From NCBI GenBank assembly GCA_040954595.2, contig CM082579.2:13021834-13085833 (forward strand): DNA of 64,000 nucleotides, in the 5' to 3' direction. Below, piece by piece: positions 40,401 to 53,302 of the stretch. Positions within the stretch are counted from its first letter, which is position 1. Each line of letters starts with the position of its first letter. Made by a program: the position numbers and the translations under genes. The notes beneath the pieces are model-generated. The model was given only the letters and a program-made list of their open reading frames with translations, was not told where the DNA came from and ran no database searches. This DNA comes from Balanoglossus misakiensis. Taxonomy: Eukaryota > Animalia > Hemichordata.

Positions 40401-43400
40401 AAAACAAGGTGGTGAACATCACATTTTTTCAAACAGTAATTGATATAGCTATAATTGTTTCTGAAAATCTTCTTTTTTAATCTCTAGCATCTGCAAAGAC
40501 CACTAAAACAGCAACTCTATAAAAAGTCTTATTGCTTAGTACTGACACAAGGTGGTAAAAAGATGTGCAGCTTTTGACTTCTTACAGGCTTACATTTTGT
40601 TAGTAATATCAGTCCCTTTTTGGTATTGTGCTGTTTTTTTCAGGAGCTGGGGCCCCATTCCCTGGATTTTTTTTGCACACCTGGCTTTGAAAAGCTGCCA
40701 CACCTAGGCTTCTAAACTTTGTCACAGCTGTCCTTGCCAACGAGTGTGCACCTTGAAATTCAAATCAGTTATTTGACCTGGCAGCCATATTCAGTTAAAC
40801 TTTTTGAATTAATGCAAATTAGCTGGGACAATTTGAAATTGGTCAAAACTCAGAAACTCGACAACCACTGGTCAGATTGATTTGACAATTGGTATGCAAG
40901 TACCTTATGTCAACCACATACAGTCCTATATTTTTTTTGAACAAATAGTTTGAATATTCTATTTTTATGCATTTTTTCATCATTTTTGGCAAAAAGTCTA
41001 CTTTTCTAGAATTGATGAGTCGACTTCTTTGGGCTTTAAACTTTAAAATCCAAATGGGACGGAGGTCATCTTCTTTTTTAAACCTTTAAGGGGGGATCCC
41101 ATTCTTTTTGCCCCACAAAATTACAGTTCCAAGGTCTTTTTTTACAAAATGTACTAATCACACCCACCCCTTCATTCTTCACCACATTTCATTTATTGGC
41201 TGGTTTGTCTATTGTACCAGGACAGGCTACTTGCCATCCCACCCCACCGATGCAAACTTTGAGTGGCATAAGTAAAATTGTCGTAACATTGAGCTAATTT
41301 GCTTTTGGGCTCACTAAAATGCAACTTTGAGCTCTGTATTTGTACAAAATGTTCATTAATTGGCTGGTTTGTCTATTGTACCCGGCCGGCATACATAAGA
41401 TCAAGGACAATGAATGTTTTCGGGGGGGGGGGGGGGGGGGGTCATATTTTATTGCCTCTCTGTGTCTGTCTGTCTGTCTGTCTGTCTGTACTCCTGTGTA
41501 GACTTCTTTTAGTGTAATCAGATTGATTGTAAATTTAGTCAATCTTTGTAGGCCCCATTCAATATATGTGTATACCACTGGGACCTTATGCGATTCAGCT
41601 GCTTCTGTATCTATGTCCATCCACAACAAAAACTTATAGCCGCAATATTTGGAGTGTAAAGGCTGTTCTGTAGATATAATTTTGTTTAAGTTGTCATGGC
41701 CAAAAATGTGCAAATGAGCTTGAAAAATGTTAAATTGGTCTAAACTCATCAACTACTGGGCAAATTGCTTTATACATTTGTATGCATGACGACTTCAAAG
41801 TCCTGCATGTTTTGAGCTCATATCATGAATTTTCTATTTTTTATGCTTGTTTGGACTTTTCCATATTTTTTGTAAATAAACAATTTATGGAAGTGATAGC
41901 CAATTTCTTTATAATTTAGCATGAAGCTTCCTATATTTGATCTAAGGTGGTTTTTGTAAATTGCCTATTTGTAAGTTTGGGAGATTTTTACCAATTTTGC
42001 TCAAAAATCATTTTCTCTGAAATCCCTCGTCAGATTGCTTTTAAATTTGGTTGGAACGTTCCTTGGGGTTACCCAAGTAAGATGTTGTAATATGTTAGTG
42101 AAATTTGTGTTCTTGGGGCAATTTTTGCAATTTTCCATCAAAAATTGTATCTTTTAAACTATTTGTTGATAATAGCTGGTAGCCGATCAAAACTCTGGTT
42201 GTACTCAGCTTGTGACTGTCGATAAAACTATTATTTTCAATAAAAATCTGCCGAGAAAATACAGACTGATTCCAAAGGATTCTTATCTTAAATAGTATAG
42301 GCTGAAACTATTTCCGTCATAACAGAAGGGTTCAAAACGTAATAATCTAATGCTGTAAGTCGCAATCTCGCCTTCCTATCTCCAGTGAAAAATGATAAGA
42401 CAACACCAATGGTATGAGTAATGATATAACCCATATTTATTTCAAGTTAACTAAACTGTGATAAAAGCAGTGATAAAACTGGTTTCAATTTAGAAGGTAT
42501 TGCTTGGACCACGAAAAAAGACAATTAATACTGACAGTAATGAAACGCATCCCATCCATGCATTCATCAAAAGTGATTTCTCCATGCTTTTTGAGCAACT
42601 TGGCCTATGTATAGTACCCTATTGTCTCTCAATGCAAGCCACTTGCTTTCACAAAACAATCCCATTTTGCCACTTTGTACTGTTCTTTATATTTTGATCT
42701 GAATCTAAAAATACCATCGAATCATCCAGTGTGAGTTAGCATTGTAATTAGACAAAGTTATAAATCCACAGTTACCCAGCAAATTTGATATAATGCTTCC
42801 CCCAAGGTATTGGTTTTGAACTCTCTTCAGAAATAGGTATGAAAATTTTAAAATTTCTACTGTTTCAACCCAGACTAGTTTATTTCTGAGTAAACAGAGA
42901 AATGACAACCGGATAGATTATTCCTCTGTAATAAAGATATATGCAGACACAAGAAATAGTCTGAACATAATCAGTACATTACTAAAACAGTGTAGGTACA
43001 TTGTACTATAAACTCAGGAAGATTAGTGACTATTGTTTGCCAAAAATGGTCCCAAGTCATTTCTCAAGCAGAGCAGAATAGTAGCTTTGAGAAGCAAAGT
43101 GTGATGATTTAAAATGTGAAAAGACAACACCAATCTCTGCTCTTAGCACTGCAAATGTTATCAGACAGGTAGATAGATGTTCAGTCATCCTATGTCTGTC
43201 AACACTTTTCCTTTTCTGAAATCACTGGTGCAAGAGCTTTCAAATTTGGTATGCAGGTTTCTGGGGGTAGCGAAGTAATGCGTGTTCAAATTGTGTTGAA
43301 TTCGGCATATTTGTAGTTTGAAACGAGTTTTTGCTGTTTTTGGAAGAAGAAATAAGCTTGTAGGATTTCTTTGACTATGCAAGTTTCTAGGGATGACGCA

Positions 43401-46400
43401 AGTTGTTTCTTCAAAATGTGGTGAAATTTGCATATTTTTTTTTGGGGGGGGGGGAATTTTCTCTGAAATTTAGTATGTATCTCCATGAGGTTTGTGACAT
43501 AACCTGCAATTTTGTATTTTGGGGCAGTTGCCTTTTTATTTGGACTAAAAATCATATTAGAATATGCATATCTGATTGTCATGTCCACAGGGGTGATATT
43601 CTTTGTTTACATTATGACCGAATCTGTAAAGATTTCATAATGGTCTTTAAAATTGGTACGTCTAATTGTTTCGATCTTTGTTGTGAATTGTCCCTGAGTG
43701 ATCTTAGTCATTTTTTTTTAAATTCTGCTGAATATTGCATTAGTATTTTATGTCTGAGTCTGAAGAGTAGTCCTCTTCTCTGAAACCCCTTGTCAAATAG
43801 TATAATTTGCATATTTGTTGCACATGGGATATTGTTGCAGTTTTTTTAAATTCAAGATGGCTGCCAATCTTTGTTTTAACTCTTTGGAAAAACATTTATT
43901 TAAATACTTTTCTGAAAACAAGGTGGTGAACATCACATTTTTTCAAACAGTAATTGATATAGCTATAATTGTTTCTGAAAATCTTCTTTTTTAATCTCTA
44001 GCATCTGCAAAGACCACTAAAACAGCAACTCTATAAAAAGTCTTATTGCTTAGTACTGACACAAGGTGGTAAAAAGATGTGCAGCTTTTGACTTCTTACA
44101 GGCTTACATTTTGTTAGTAATATCAGTCCCTTTTTGGTATTGTGCTGTTTTTTTCAGGAGCTGGGGCCCCATTCCCTGGATTTTTTTTGCACACCTGGCT
44201 TTGAAAAGCTGCCACACCTAGGCTTCTAAACTTTGTCACAGCTGTCCTTGCCAACGAGTGTGCACCTTGAAATTCAAATCAGTTATTTGACCTGGCAGCC
44301 ATATTCAGTTAAACTTTTTGAATTAATGCAAATTAGCTGGGACAATTTGAAATTGGTCAAAACTCAGAAACTCGACAACCACTGGTCAGATTGATTTGAC
44401 AATTGGTATGCAAGTACCTTATGTCAACCACATACAGTCCTATATTTTTTTTGAACAAATAGTTTGAATATTCTATTTTTATGCATTTTTTCATCATTTT
44501 TGGCAAAAAGTCTACTTTTCTAGAATTGATGAGTCGACTTCTTTGGGCTTTAAACTTTAAAATCCAAATGGGACGGAGGTCATCTTCTTTTTTAAACCTT
44601 TAAGGGGGGATCCCATTCTTTTTGCCCCACAAAATTACAGTTCCAAGGTCTTTTTTTACAAAATGTACTAATCACACCCACCCCTTCATTCTTCACCACA
44701 TTTCATTTATTGGCTGGTTTGTCTATTGTACCAGGACAGGCTACTTGCCATCCCACCCCACCGATGCAAACTTTGAGTGGCATAAGTAAAATTGTCGTAA
44801 CATTGAGCTAATTTGCTTTTGGGCTCACTAAAATGCAACTTTGAGCTCTGTATTTGTACAAAATGTTCATTAATTGGCTGGTTTGTCTATTGTACCCGGC
44901 CGGCATACATAAGATCAAGGACAATGAATGTTTTCGGGGGGGGGGGGGGGGGGGTCATATTTTATTGCCTCTCTGTGTCTGTCTGTCTGTCTGTCTGTCT
45001 GTACTCCTGTGTAGACTTCTTTTAGTGTAATCAGATTGATTGTAAATTTAGTCAATCTTTGTAGGCCCCATTCAATATATGTGTATACCACTGGGACCTT
45101 ATGCGATTCAGCTGCTTCTGTATCTATGTCCATCCACAACAAAAACTTATAGCCGCAATATTTGGAGTGTAAAGGCTGTTCTGTAGATATAATTTTGTTT
45201 AAGTTGTCATGGCCAAAAATGTGCAAATGAGCTTGAAAAATGTTAAATTGGTCTAAACTCATCAACTACTGGGCAAATTGCTTTATACATTTGTATGCAT
45301 GACGACTTCAAAGTCCTGCATGTTTTGAGCTCATATCATGAATTTTCTATTTTTTATGCTTGTTTGGACTTTTCCATATTTTTTGTAAATAAACAATTTA
45401 TGGAAGTGATAGCCAATTTCTTTATAATTTAGCATGAAGCTTCCTATATTTGATCTAAGGTGGTTTTTGTAAATTGCCTATTTGTAAGTTTGGGAGATTT
45501 TTACCAATTTTGCTCAAAAATCATTTTCTCTGAAATCCCTCGTCAGATTGCTTTTAAATTTGGTTGGAACGTTCCTTGGGGTTACCCAAGTAAGATGTTG
45601 TAATATGTTAGTGAAATTTGTGTTCTTGGGGCAATTTTTGCAATTTTCCATCAAAAATTGTATCTTTTAAACTATTTGTTGATAATAGCTGGTAGCCGAT
45701 CAAAACTCTGGTTGTACTCAGCTTGTGACTGTCGATAAAACTATTATTTTCAATAAAAATCTGCCGAGAAAATACAGACTGATTCCAAAGGATTCTTATC
45801 TTAAATAGTATAGGCTGAAACTATTTCCGTCATAACAGAAGGGTTCAAAACGTAATAATCTAATGCTGTAAGTCGCAATCTCGCCTTCCTATCTCCAGTG
45901 AAAAATGATAAGACAACACCAATGGTATGAGTAATGATATAACCCATATTTATTTCAAGTTAACTAAACTGTGATAAAAGCAGTGATAAAACTGGTTTCA
46001 ATTTAGAAGGTATTGCTTGGACCACGAAAAAAGACAATTAATACTGACAGTAATGAAACGCATCCCATCCATGCATTCATCAAAAGTGATTTCTCCATGC
46101 TTTTTGAGCAACTTGGCCTATGTATAGTACCCTATTGTCTCTCAATGCAAGCCACTTGCTTTCACAAAACAATCCCATTTTGCCACTTTGTACTGTTCTT
46201 TATATTTTGATCTGAATCTAAAAATACCATCGAATCATCCAGTGTGAGTTAGCATTGTAATTAGACAAAGTTATAAATCCACAGTTACCCAGCAAATTTG
46301 ATATAATGCTTCCCCCAAGGTATTGGTTTTGAACTCTCTTCAGAAATAGGTATGAAAATTTTAAAATTTCTACTGTTTCAACCCAGACTAGTTTATTTCT

Positions 46401-48547
46401 GAGTAAACAGAGAAATGACAACCGGATAGATTATTCCTCTGTAATAAAGATATATGCAGACACAAGAAATAGTCTGAACATAATCAGTACATTACTAAAA
46501 CAGTGTAGGTACATTGTACTATAAACTCAGGAAGATTAGTGACTATTGTTTGCCAAAAATGGTCCCAAGTCATTTCTCAAGCAGAGCAGAATAGTAGCTT
46601 TGAGAAGCAAAGTGTGATGATTTAAAATGTGAAAAGACAACACCAATCTCTGCTCTTAGCACTGCAAATGTTATAAGACAGGTAGATAGATGTTCAGTCA
46701 TCCTATGTCTGTCAACACTTTTCCTTTTCTGAAATCACTGGTGCAAGAGCTTTCAAATTTGGTATGCAGGTTTCTGGGGGTAGCGAAGTAATGCGTGTTC
46801 AAATTGTGTTGAATTCGGCATATTTGTAGTTTGAAACGAGTTTTTGCTGTTTTTGGAAGAAGAAATAAGCTTGTAGGATTTCTTTGACTATGCAAGTTTC
46901 TAGGGATGACGCAAGTTGTTTCTTCAAAATGTGGTGAAATTTGCATATTTTTTTTTTGGGGGGGGGGAATTTTCTCTGAAATTTAGTATGTATCTCCATG
47001 AGGTTTGTGACATAACCTGCAATTTTGTATTTTGGGGCAGTTGCCTTTTTATTTGGACTAAAAATCATATTAGAATATGCATATCTGATTGTCATGTCCA
47101 CAGGGGTGATATTCTTTGTTTACATTATGACCGAATCTGTAAAGATTTCATAATGGTCTTTAAAATTGGTACGTCTAATTGTTTCGATCTTTGTTGTGAA
47201 TTGTCCCTGAGTGATCTTAGTCATTTTTTTTTAAATTCTGCTGAATATTGCATTAGTATTTTATGTCTGAGTCTGAAGAGTAGTCCTCTTCTCTGAAACC
47301 CCTTGTCAAATAGTATAATTTGCATATTTGTTGCACATGGGATATTGTTGCAGTTTTTTTAAATTCAAGATGGCTGCCAATCTTTGTTTTAACTCTTTGG
47401 AAAAACATTTATTTAAATACATTTCTGAAAACAAGGTGGTGAACATCACATTTTTTCAAACAGTAATTGATATAGCTATCATTGTTTCTGAAAATCTTCT
47501 TTTTTAATCTCTAGCATCTGCAAAGACCACTAAAACAGCAACTCTATAAAAAGTCTTATTGCTTAGTACTGACACAAGGTGGTAAAAAGATGTGCAGCTT
47601 TTGACTTCTTACAGGCTTACATTTTGTTAGTAATATCAGTCCCTTTTTGGTATTGTGCTGTTTTTTTCAGGAGCTGGGGCCCCATTCCCTGGATTTTTTT
47701 TGCACACCTGGCTTTGAAAAGCTGCCACACCTAGGCTTCTAAACTTTGTCACAGCTGTCCTTGCCAACGAGTGTGCACCTTGAAATTCAAATCAGTTATT
47801 TGACCTGGCAGCCATATTCAGTTAAACTTTTTGAATTAATGCAAATTAGCTGGGACAATTTGAAATTGGTCAAAACTCAGAAACTCGACAACCACTGGTC
47901 AGATTGATTTGACAATTGGTATGCAAGTACCTTATGTCAACCACATACAGTCCTATATTTTTTTTGAACAAATAGTTTGAATATTCTATTTTTATGCATT
48001 TTTTCATCATTTTTGGCAAAAAGTCTACTTTTCTAGAATTGATGAGTCGACTTCTTTGGGCTTTAAACTTTAAAATCCAAATGGGACGGAGGTCATCTTC
48101 TTTTTTAAACCTTTAAGGGGGGATCCCATTCTTTTTGCCCCACAAAATTACAGTTCCAAGGTCTTTTTTTGCAAAATGTTCTAATCACACCCACCCCTTC
48201 ATTCTTCACCACATTTCATTTATTGGCTGGTTTGTCTATTGTACCAGGACAGGCTACTTGCCATCCCACCCCACCGATGCAAACTTTGAGTGGCATAAGT
48301 AAAATTGTCGTAACATTGAGCTAATTTGCTTTTGGGCTCACTAAAATGCAACTTTGAGCTCTGTATTTGTACAAAATGTTCATTAATTGGCTGGTTTGTC
48401 TATTGTACCCGGCCGGCATACATAAGATCAAGGACAATGAATGTTTTCGGGGGGGGGGGGGGGGGGGGGGGGTCATATTTTATTGCCTCTCTGTGTCTGT
48501 CTGTCTGTCTGTCTGTACTCCTGTGTAGACTTCTTTTAGTGTAATCA
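34490..48547 (+). repeat. Tandem array of four near-identical ~3513-bp units
   Basis: Unit starts (TCAGATTGATTGTAAATTTAG) at 34490, 38003, 41518 and 45031. TCA microhomology at the ends. Identical ORF sets recur with this period in the ORF track. Confidence 0.97.
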
Positions 48548-48840
48548 CTAAATGAGACCACAGTGTCCCTGACGCGATTTTCAGTGACCCCAGGGTAACC
48601 TTTGACCAGCTTTCCTATATCTTAGTATTCACAGCAGAATACAGCCTTGGCATACTAACCCTGGTAACAATGGGAAATGTTTGGGCCCCACCAATGGTGC
48701 TGGCAGCTTTAATTTTTAAATGATTTCTTCTTATCATTGTTTTTTTATCAATGATGATGACTTGATCTAATCAGTTTTTAAAAATAATTTCATTCTTTTT
48801 TACATTAGGTTCATTGGTAACACTGCTGCTAGAGGGAGTG

Positions 48841-49409
48841 TAATATTTGTAACGACGCCGCCACCTAATACTGTACTGGAGAGATGAACTTAATACTTGT
48901 AATGACGCCGCCACCTAATACTGTACTGGAGAGATGAACTTAATACTTGTAACGACGCCGCCACCTAATACTGTACTGGAGAGATGAACTTAATACTTGT
49001 AACGACGCCGCCACCTAATACTGTACTGGAGGGATGAACTTAATACTTGTAACGACGCCGCCACCTAATACTGTACTGGAGGGATGAACTTAATACTTGT
49101 AACGACGCCGCCACCTAATACTGTACTGGAGGGATGAACTTAATACTTGTAACGACGCCGCCACCTAATACTGTACTGGAGGGATGAACTTAATACTTGT
49201 AACGACGCCGCCGCCTAATACTGTACTGGAGAGATGAACTTAATACTTGTAACGACGCCGCCGCCTAATACTGTACTGGAGAGATGAACTTAATACTTGT
49301 AACGACGCCGCCACCTAATACTGTACTGGAGGGATGAACTTAATACTTGTAACGACGCCGCCACCTAATACTGTACTGGAGGGATGAACTTAAACTTGTA
49401 ACGACGCCA
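48841..49409 (+). repeat. 50-bp minisatellite, 11 full copies plus a partial
   Basis: TAATACTTGTAACGACGCCGCCACCTAATACTGTACTGGAG(A/G)GATGAACT repeated head-to-tail. Confidence 0.97.
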
Positions 49410-49590
49410 GATGATGCTTCTGTGACCAGAGGGACGAACAACGCCATGATTTGTTGATCTGATCTAATTAATAATATTCATTCTTTTTTTTTAATAGGTT
49501 CATTGGTAATATCATCGCCGGAGGGAGTCTAATCAATATCTACAACAACGCCGCGGCAGATAACAATATCATAAGCAGAGGGATGCTGTC

Positions 49591-49770
49591 AATAGGTTAG
49601 GTTAATAAAAATGGTTTAATCTGAGGGAATGGTAAAGGGTTGGTGTATGAATATGTTAGGGTAATAAAAAATGGTATAATCTAACGGAATGGTGAAGGGT
49701 TGGTGTATGAATAGGTTAGGCTAATAAAAAATGGTATAATGTAATGGAATGGTGAAGGGTTGGTGTATGA
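49591..49770 (+). repeat. 60-bp tandem repeat, 3 copies
   Basis: ...TAATAAAAA(A)TGGT(A/T)TAAT...GGAATGGT(G/A)AAGGGTTGGTGTATGA at 60-bp period. Confidence 0.9.
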
Positions 49771-50186
49771 TGACTAATAAAACAGTGTGCACAAGGGTAC
49801 TGTAACAAAACTGTCTGCATGGGTATAATATTATGGTTTCAAGGGTATGATAAGTAATTAAAATACTATAAAAACAAGGGTAATGCCACGTGGTAAATAA
49901 AAACTGTACATGTACAGAGGGTAAATGCCGGTATAATATATAAGGGTGTAAACATCAATGGTGTAATAATAAAAAATGGGTAACACAAGGTTTTGGTGGT
50001 ATAATAATAATAAAATGGTATAAACTTGATGGTATAAACATTATGGGATGTGTATAAATGGTGTTAATATTACAAAGGTATGATGATTAATTGGGGTGTA
50101 ATAATAAGAAATTTAAAATCATTGGGTAATTTATTAGTGTCAGGTTGGGTAAAATAATTTTTGCTATGCATTCGTGTAATTTGTCT

Positions 50187-50387
50187 GCCGATTTTTTGCA
50201 GCGTTACCCGCGTTCGCGTTCTTCATTGCAGGTCGCTCGTCGTGTAATGGAATTTCGCCGTGTGCCCGTTTGATTCGCCGATGGATTTTTTACAACGTTA
50301 CCCGCGTTCGCGTTCTTCATCGCAGTTCGCTCGTCGTGTAATGGAATTTCGCCGTGTGCCCGTTTGATTCACCGATGGATTTTTTGC
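50187..50387 (+). repeat. CpG-rich ~90-94-bp tandem repeat (2 copies plus a partial)
   Basis: CGTTACCCGCGTTCGCGTTCTTCAT...CGCTCGTCGTGTAATGGAATTTCGCCGTGTGCCCGTTTGATTC occurs twice. Confidence 0.9.
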
Positions 50388-50812
50388 TTTCGTTATCGTT
50401 ATTCCCGCATCAACACGAATCCTCAATCTCACGTAACAACAATACATCAAAATGTACACAGAAAAATAGGAGTCGGCAAGACAATTCTGGTTAGAGTGAG
50501 CCCCAAACTTTTAAAATTCACAACGGGGGAGGGGGCAGTTTTTCCTCATTTTATATTTGGCTCGAGGTTTTTAACTGTCCCCAGGCGCGTAAAGTTAGTT
50601 AGTTTATCACACAGAATGTAATTATCTTGCTTGATTTAAAAAAAAACACTAACATTGTATGGGGGAGCTTCTTGCGATTTGCACTTAAGAAACTGATGGT
50701 TTTTACCCATAGGTAATAATTAGTATTAACACATAATTGCCTAGAAATAAAAATTAACTCAAGGGTAGAATGCAACAGTTAATTTTGTGCAATATCAACA
50801 GGAGCTATTTTG

Positions 50813-50920
50813 GCACATTATTTCAGTTTGATAAACACTGTTTTTGCTCATTGTTTCATTTCGACCACATTATTTCAGTTTGATAAACACTGTTTTTGCT
50901 CATTGTTTCATTTCGACCAC
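50813..50920 (+). repeat. 2 x 53-bp tandem duplication
   Basis: CACATTATTTCAGTTTGATAAACACTGTTTTTGCTCATTGTTTCATTTCGAC occurs twice. Confidence 0.9.
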
Positions 50921-53302
50921 TTTTGTCACCTTGTTTCAAATTGAATGCAAGCATTGTTTCTGTTTGACCACTACTTGGGGTAAATGTTCCAAATTGGTAT
51001 GCAAGATATTTTACATCAGCAGTTAGCCATCTAGCCACACTTTAGCTGCACAGCATATGAAAAATAATGAAATTCATGCAAAAAGCAAAAAAAGTATTAT
51101 GGGTATAATGCCATTGCAGCATTGGCGGTTCGACTCCGTCGATACTTACTTTGAAGCATAAGTCTTCATTATTTTTCATATGTAATAAATAAAACTATTC
51201 CAAATTCATATCTTTGTTTTCAGTTTGTGCTTTTGCTTCAGTTAGGGGGCCCACACTTACCAAAACCTGTCTTGCCATCTTTTCACATTTCTTCAAATAT
51301 GCAGCGCCAGCAGTAGGCAGTATTTGATCAAATTGACCCACAAGTCACTCAAAATTAATAGGCAGGATACTGTCCACTCTGGTCTGGTTACTGTGTGCTC
51401 TGGTTAATGTTGACGCAAAGGTTGACCCCACCAAACACTCAAAATTAATGGGCAGCATACTGTCCACTCTGGCCTGGTTACTGTGTGCTCTGGTTAATGT
51501 TGACGCAAAGGTTGACCCCACCAAACACTCAAAATTAATGGCCAGCATACTGTCCACTCTGGTCTGGTTACTGTGTGCTCTGGTTAATGTTGACGCAAAG
51601 GTTGACCCCACCAAACACTCAAAATTAATGGGCAGCATACTGTCCACACTGGCCTGGTTACTGTGTGCTCTGGTTAATGTTGACGCAAAGGTTGACCCCA
51701 CCAAACACTCAAAATTAATGGGCAGCATACTGTCCACTCTGGCCTGGTTACTGTCTGGCCTGGTTAATGTTGACGCAAAGGTTGACCCCACCAAACACTC
51801 AAAATTAATGGGCAGCATACTGTCCACTCTGGCCTGGTTACTGTGTGCTCTGGTTAATGTTGACGCACAGGTTGACCCCACCAAACACTCAAAATTAAAG
51901 GGCAGAATACTGTCCACTCTCGCCTGGTTACTGTCTGGCCTGGTTAATGTTGACGCAAAGGTTGACCCCACCAATCACTTAAAATTAATGGGCAGCATAC
52001 TGTCCACTCTGGGCTGGTTACTGTGTGCTCTGGTTAATGTTGACGCACAGGTTGACCCCACCAAACACTCAAAATTAAAGGGCAGAATACTGTCCACTCT
52101 GGCCTGGTTACTGTGTGCTCTGGTTAATGTTGACGCACAGGTTGACCCCACCAATCACTCAAAATTAATGGGCAGCATACTGTCCACTCTGGCCTGGTTA
52201 CTGTGTGCTCTGGTTAATGTTGACGCACAGGTTGACCCCACCAAACACTCAAAATTAATGGGCAGTATACTGTCCACTCTGGCCTGGTTACTGTGTGCTC
52301 TGGTTAATGTTGACGCAAAGGTTGACACCACCAAACACTCAAAATTAATGGGCAGCATACTGTCCACTCTGGCCTGGTTACTGTGTGCTCTGGTTAATGT
52401 TGACGCACAGGTTGACCCCACCAAACACTCAAAATTAATGGGCAGTATACTGTCCACTCTGGCCTGGTTACTGTGTTCTCTGGTTAATGTTGACGCAAAT
52501 GTTGATCCCACCAAACACACAAAATTAATGGGCAGCATATTGTCCACTCTGGCCTGGTTATTGTGTGCTGTGGTTAATGTTGACACACAGGTTGACCCCA
52601 CTAAACACTCAAAATAAATGGGCAGCATACTGTCCACTCTGGCCTGGTTACTGTGTGCTCTGGTTAATGTTGACGCAAATGTTGATCCCACCAAACACAC
52701 AAAATTAATGGGCAGCATATTGTCCACTCTGGCCTGGTTATTGTGTGCTGTGGTTAATGTTGACACACAGGTTGACCCTACTAAACACTCAAAATAAATG
52801 GGCAGCATACTGTCCACTCTGGCCTGGTTACTGTGTGCTCTGGTTAATGTTGACGCAAATGTTGATCCCACCAAACACACAAAATTAATGGGCAGCATAT
52901 TGTCCACTCTGGCCTGGTTATTGTGTGCTGTGGTTAATGTTGACACACAGGTTGACCCCACTAAACACTCAAAATAAATGGGCAGCATACTGTCCACTCT
53001 GGCCTGGTTATTGTGTGCTCTGGTTAATGTTGACGCAAAGGTTGACATCACCTGCAAACACTCAAAATTAATGGGCAGCATACTGTCCACTCTGGCCTGG
53101 TTACTGTGTGCTCTGGTTAATGTTGACGCAAAGGTTGAGTCCCCACCAAACACTCAAAATTAATGGGCAGCATACTGTCCACTCTGGCCTGGTTACTGTG
53201 TGCTCTGGTTAATGTTGACGCACAGGTTGACCTCACCAAACACTCAAAACTAATGGGCAGCATACTGTCCACTCTGGCCTGGTTACTGTGTGCTCTGGTT
53301 AA

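Noticed and set aside
34407-48544. Repeated 65-150-aa ORFs in the 3.5-kb array as a multicopy gene family
   Set aside because: Their identity only reflects the recent DNA duplication. Frames change with homopolymer length, and the peptides have no recognisable domain.
48841-49409. Regular short repeats resembling a CRISPR array
   Set aside because: There are no unique spacers (whole 50-bp units repeat), no cas genes, and the context is eukaryotic.
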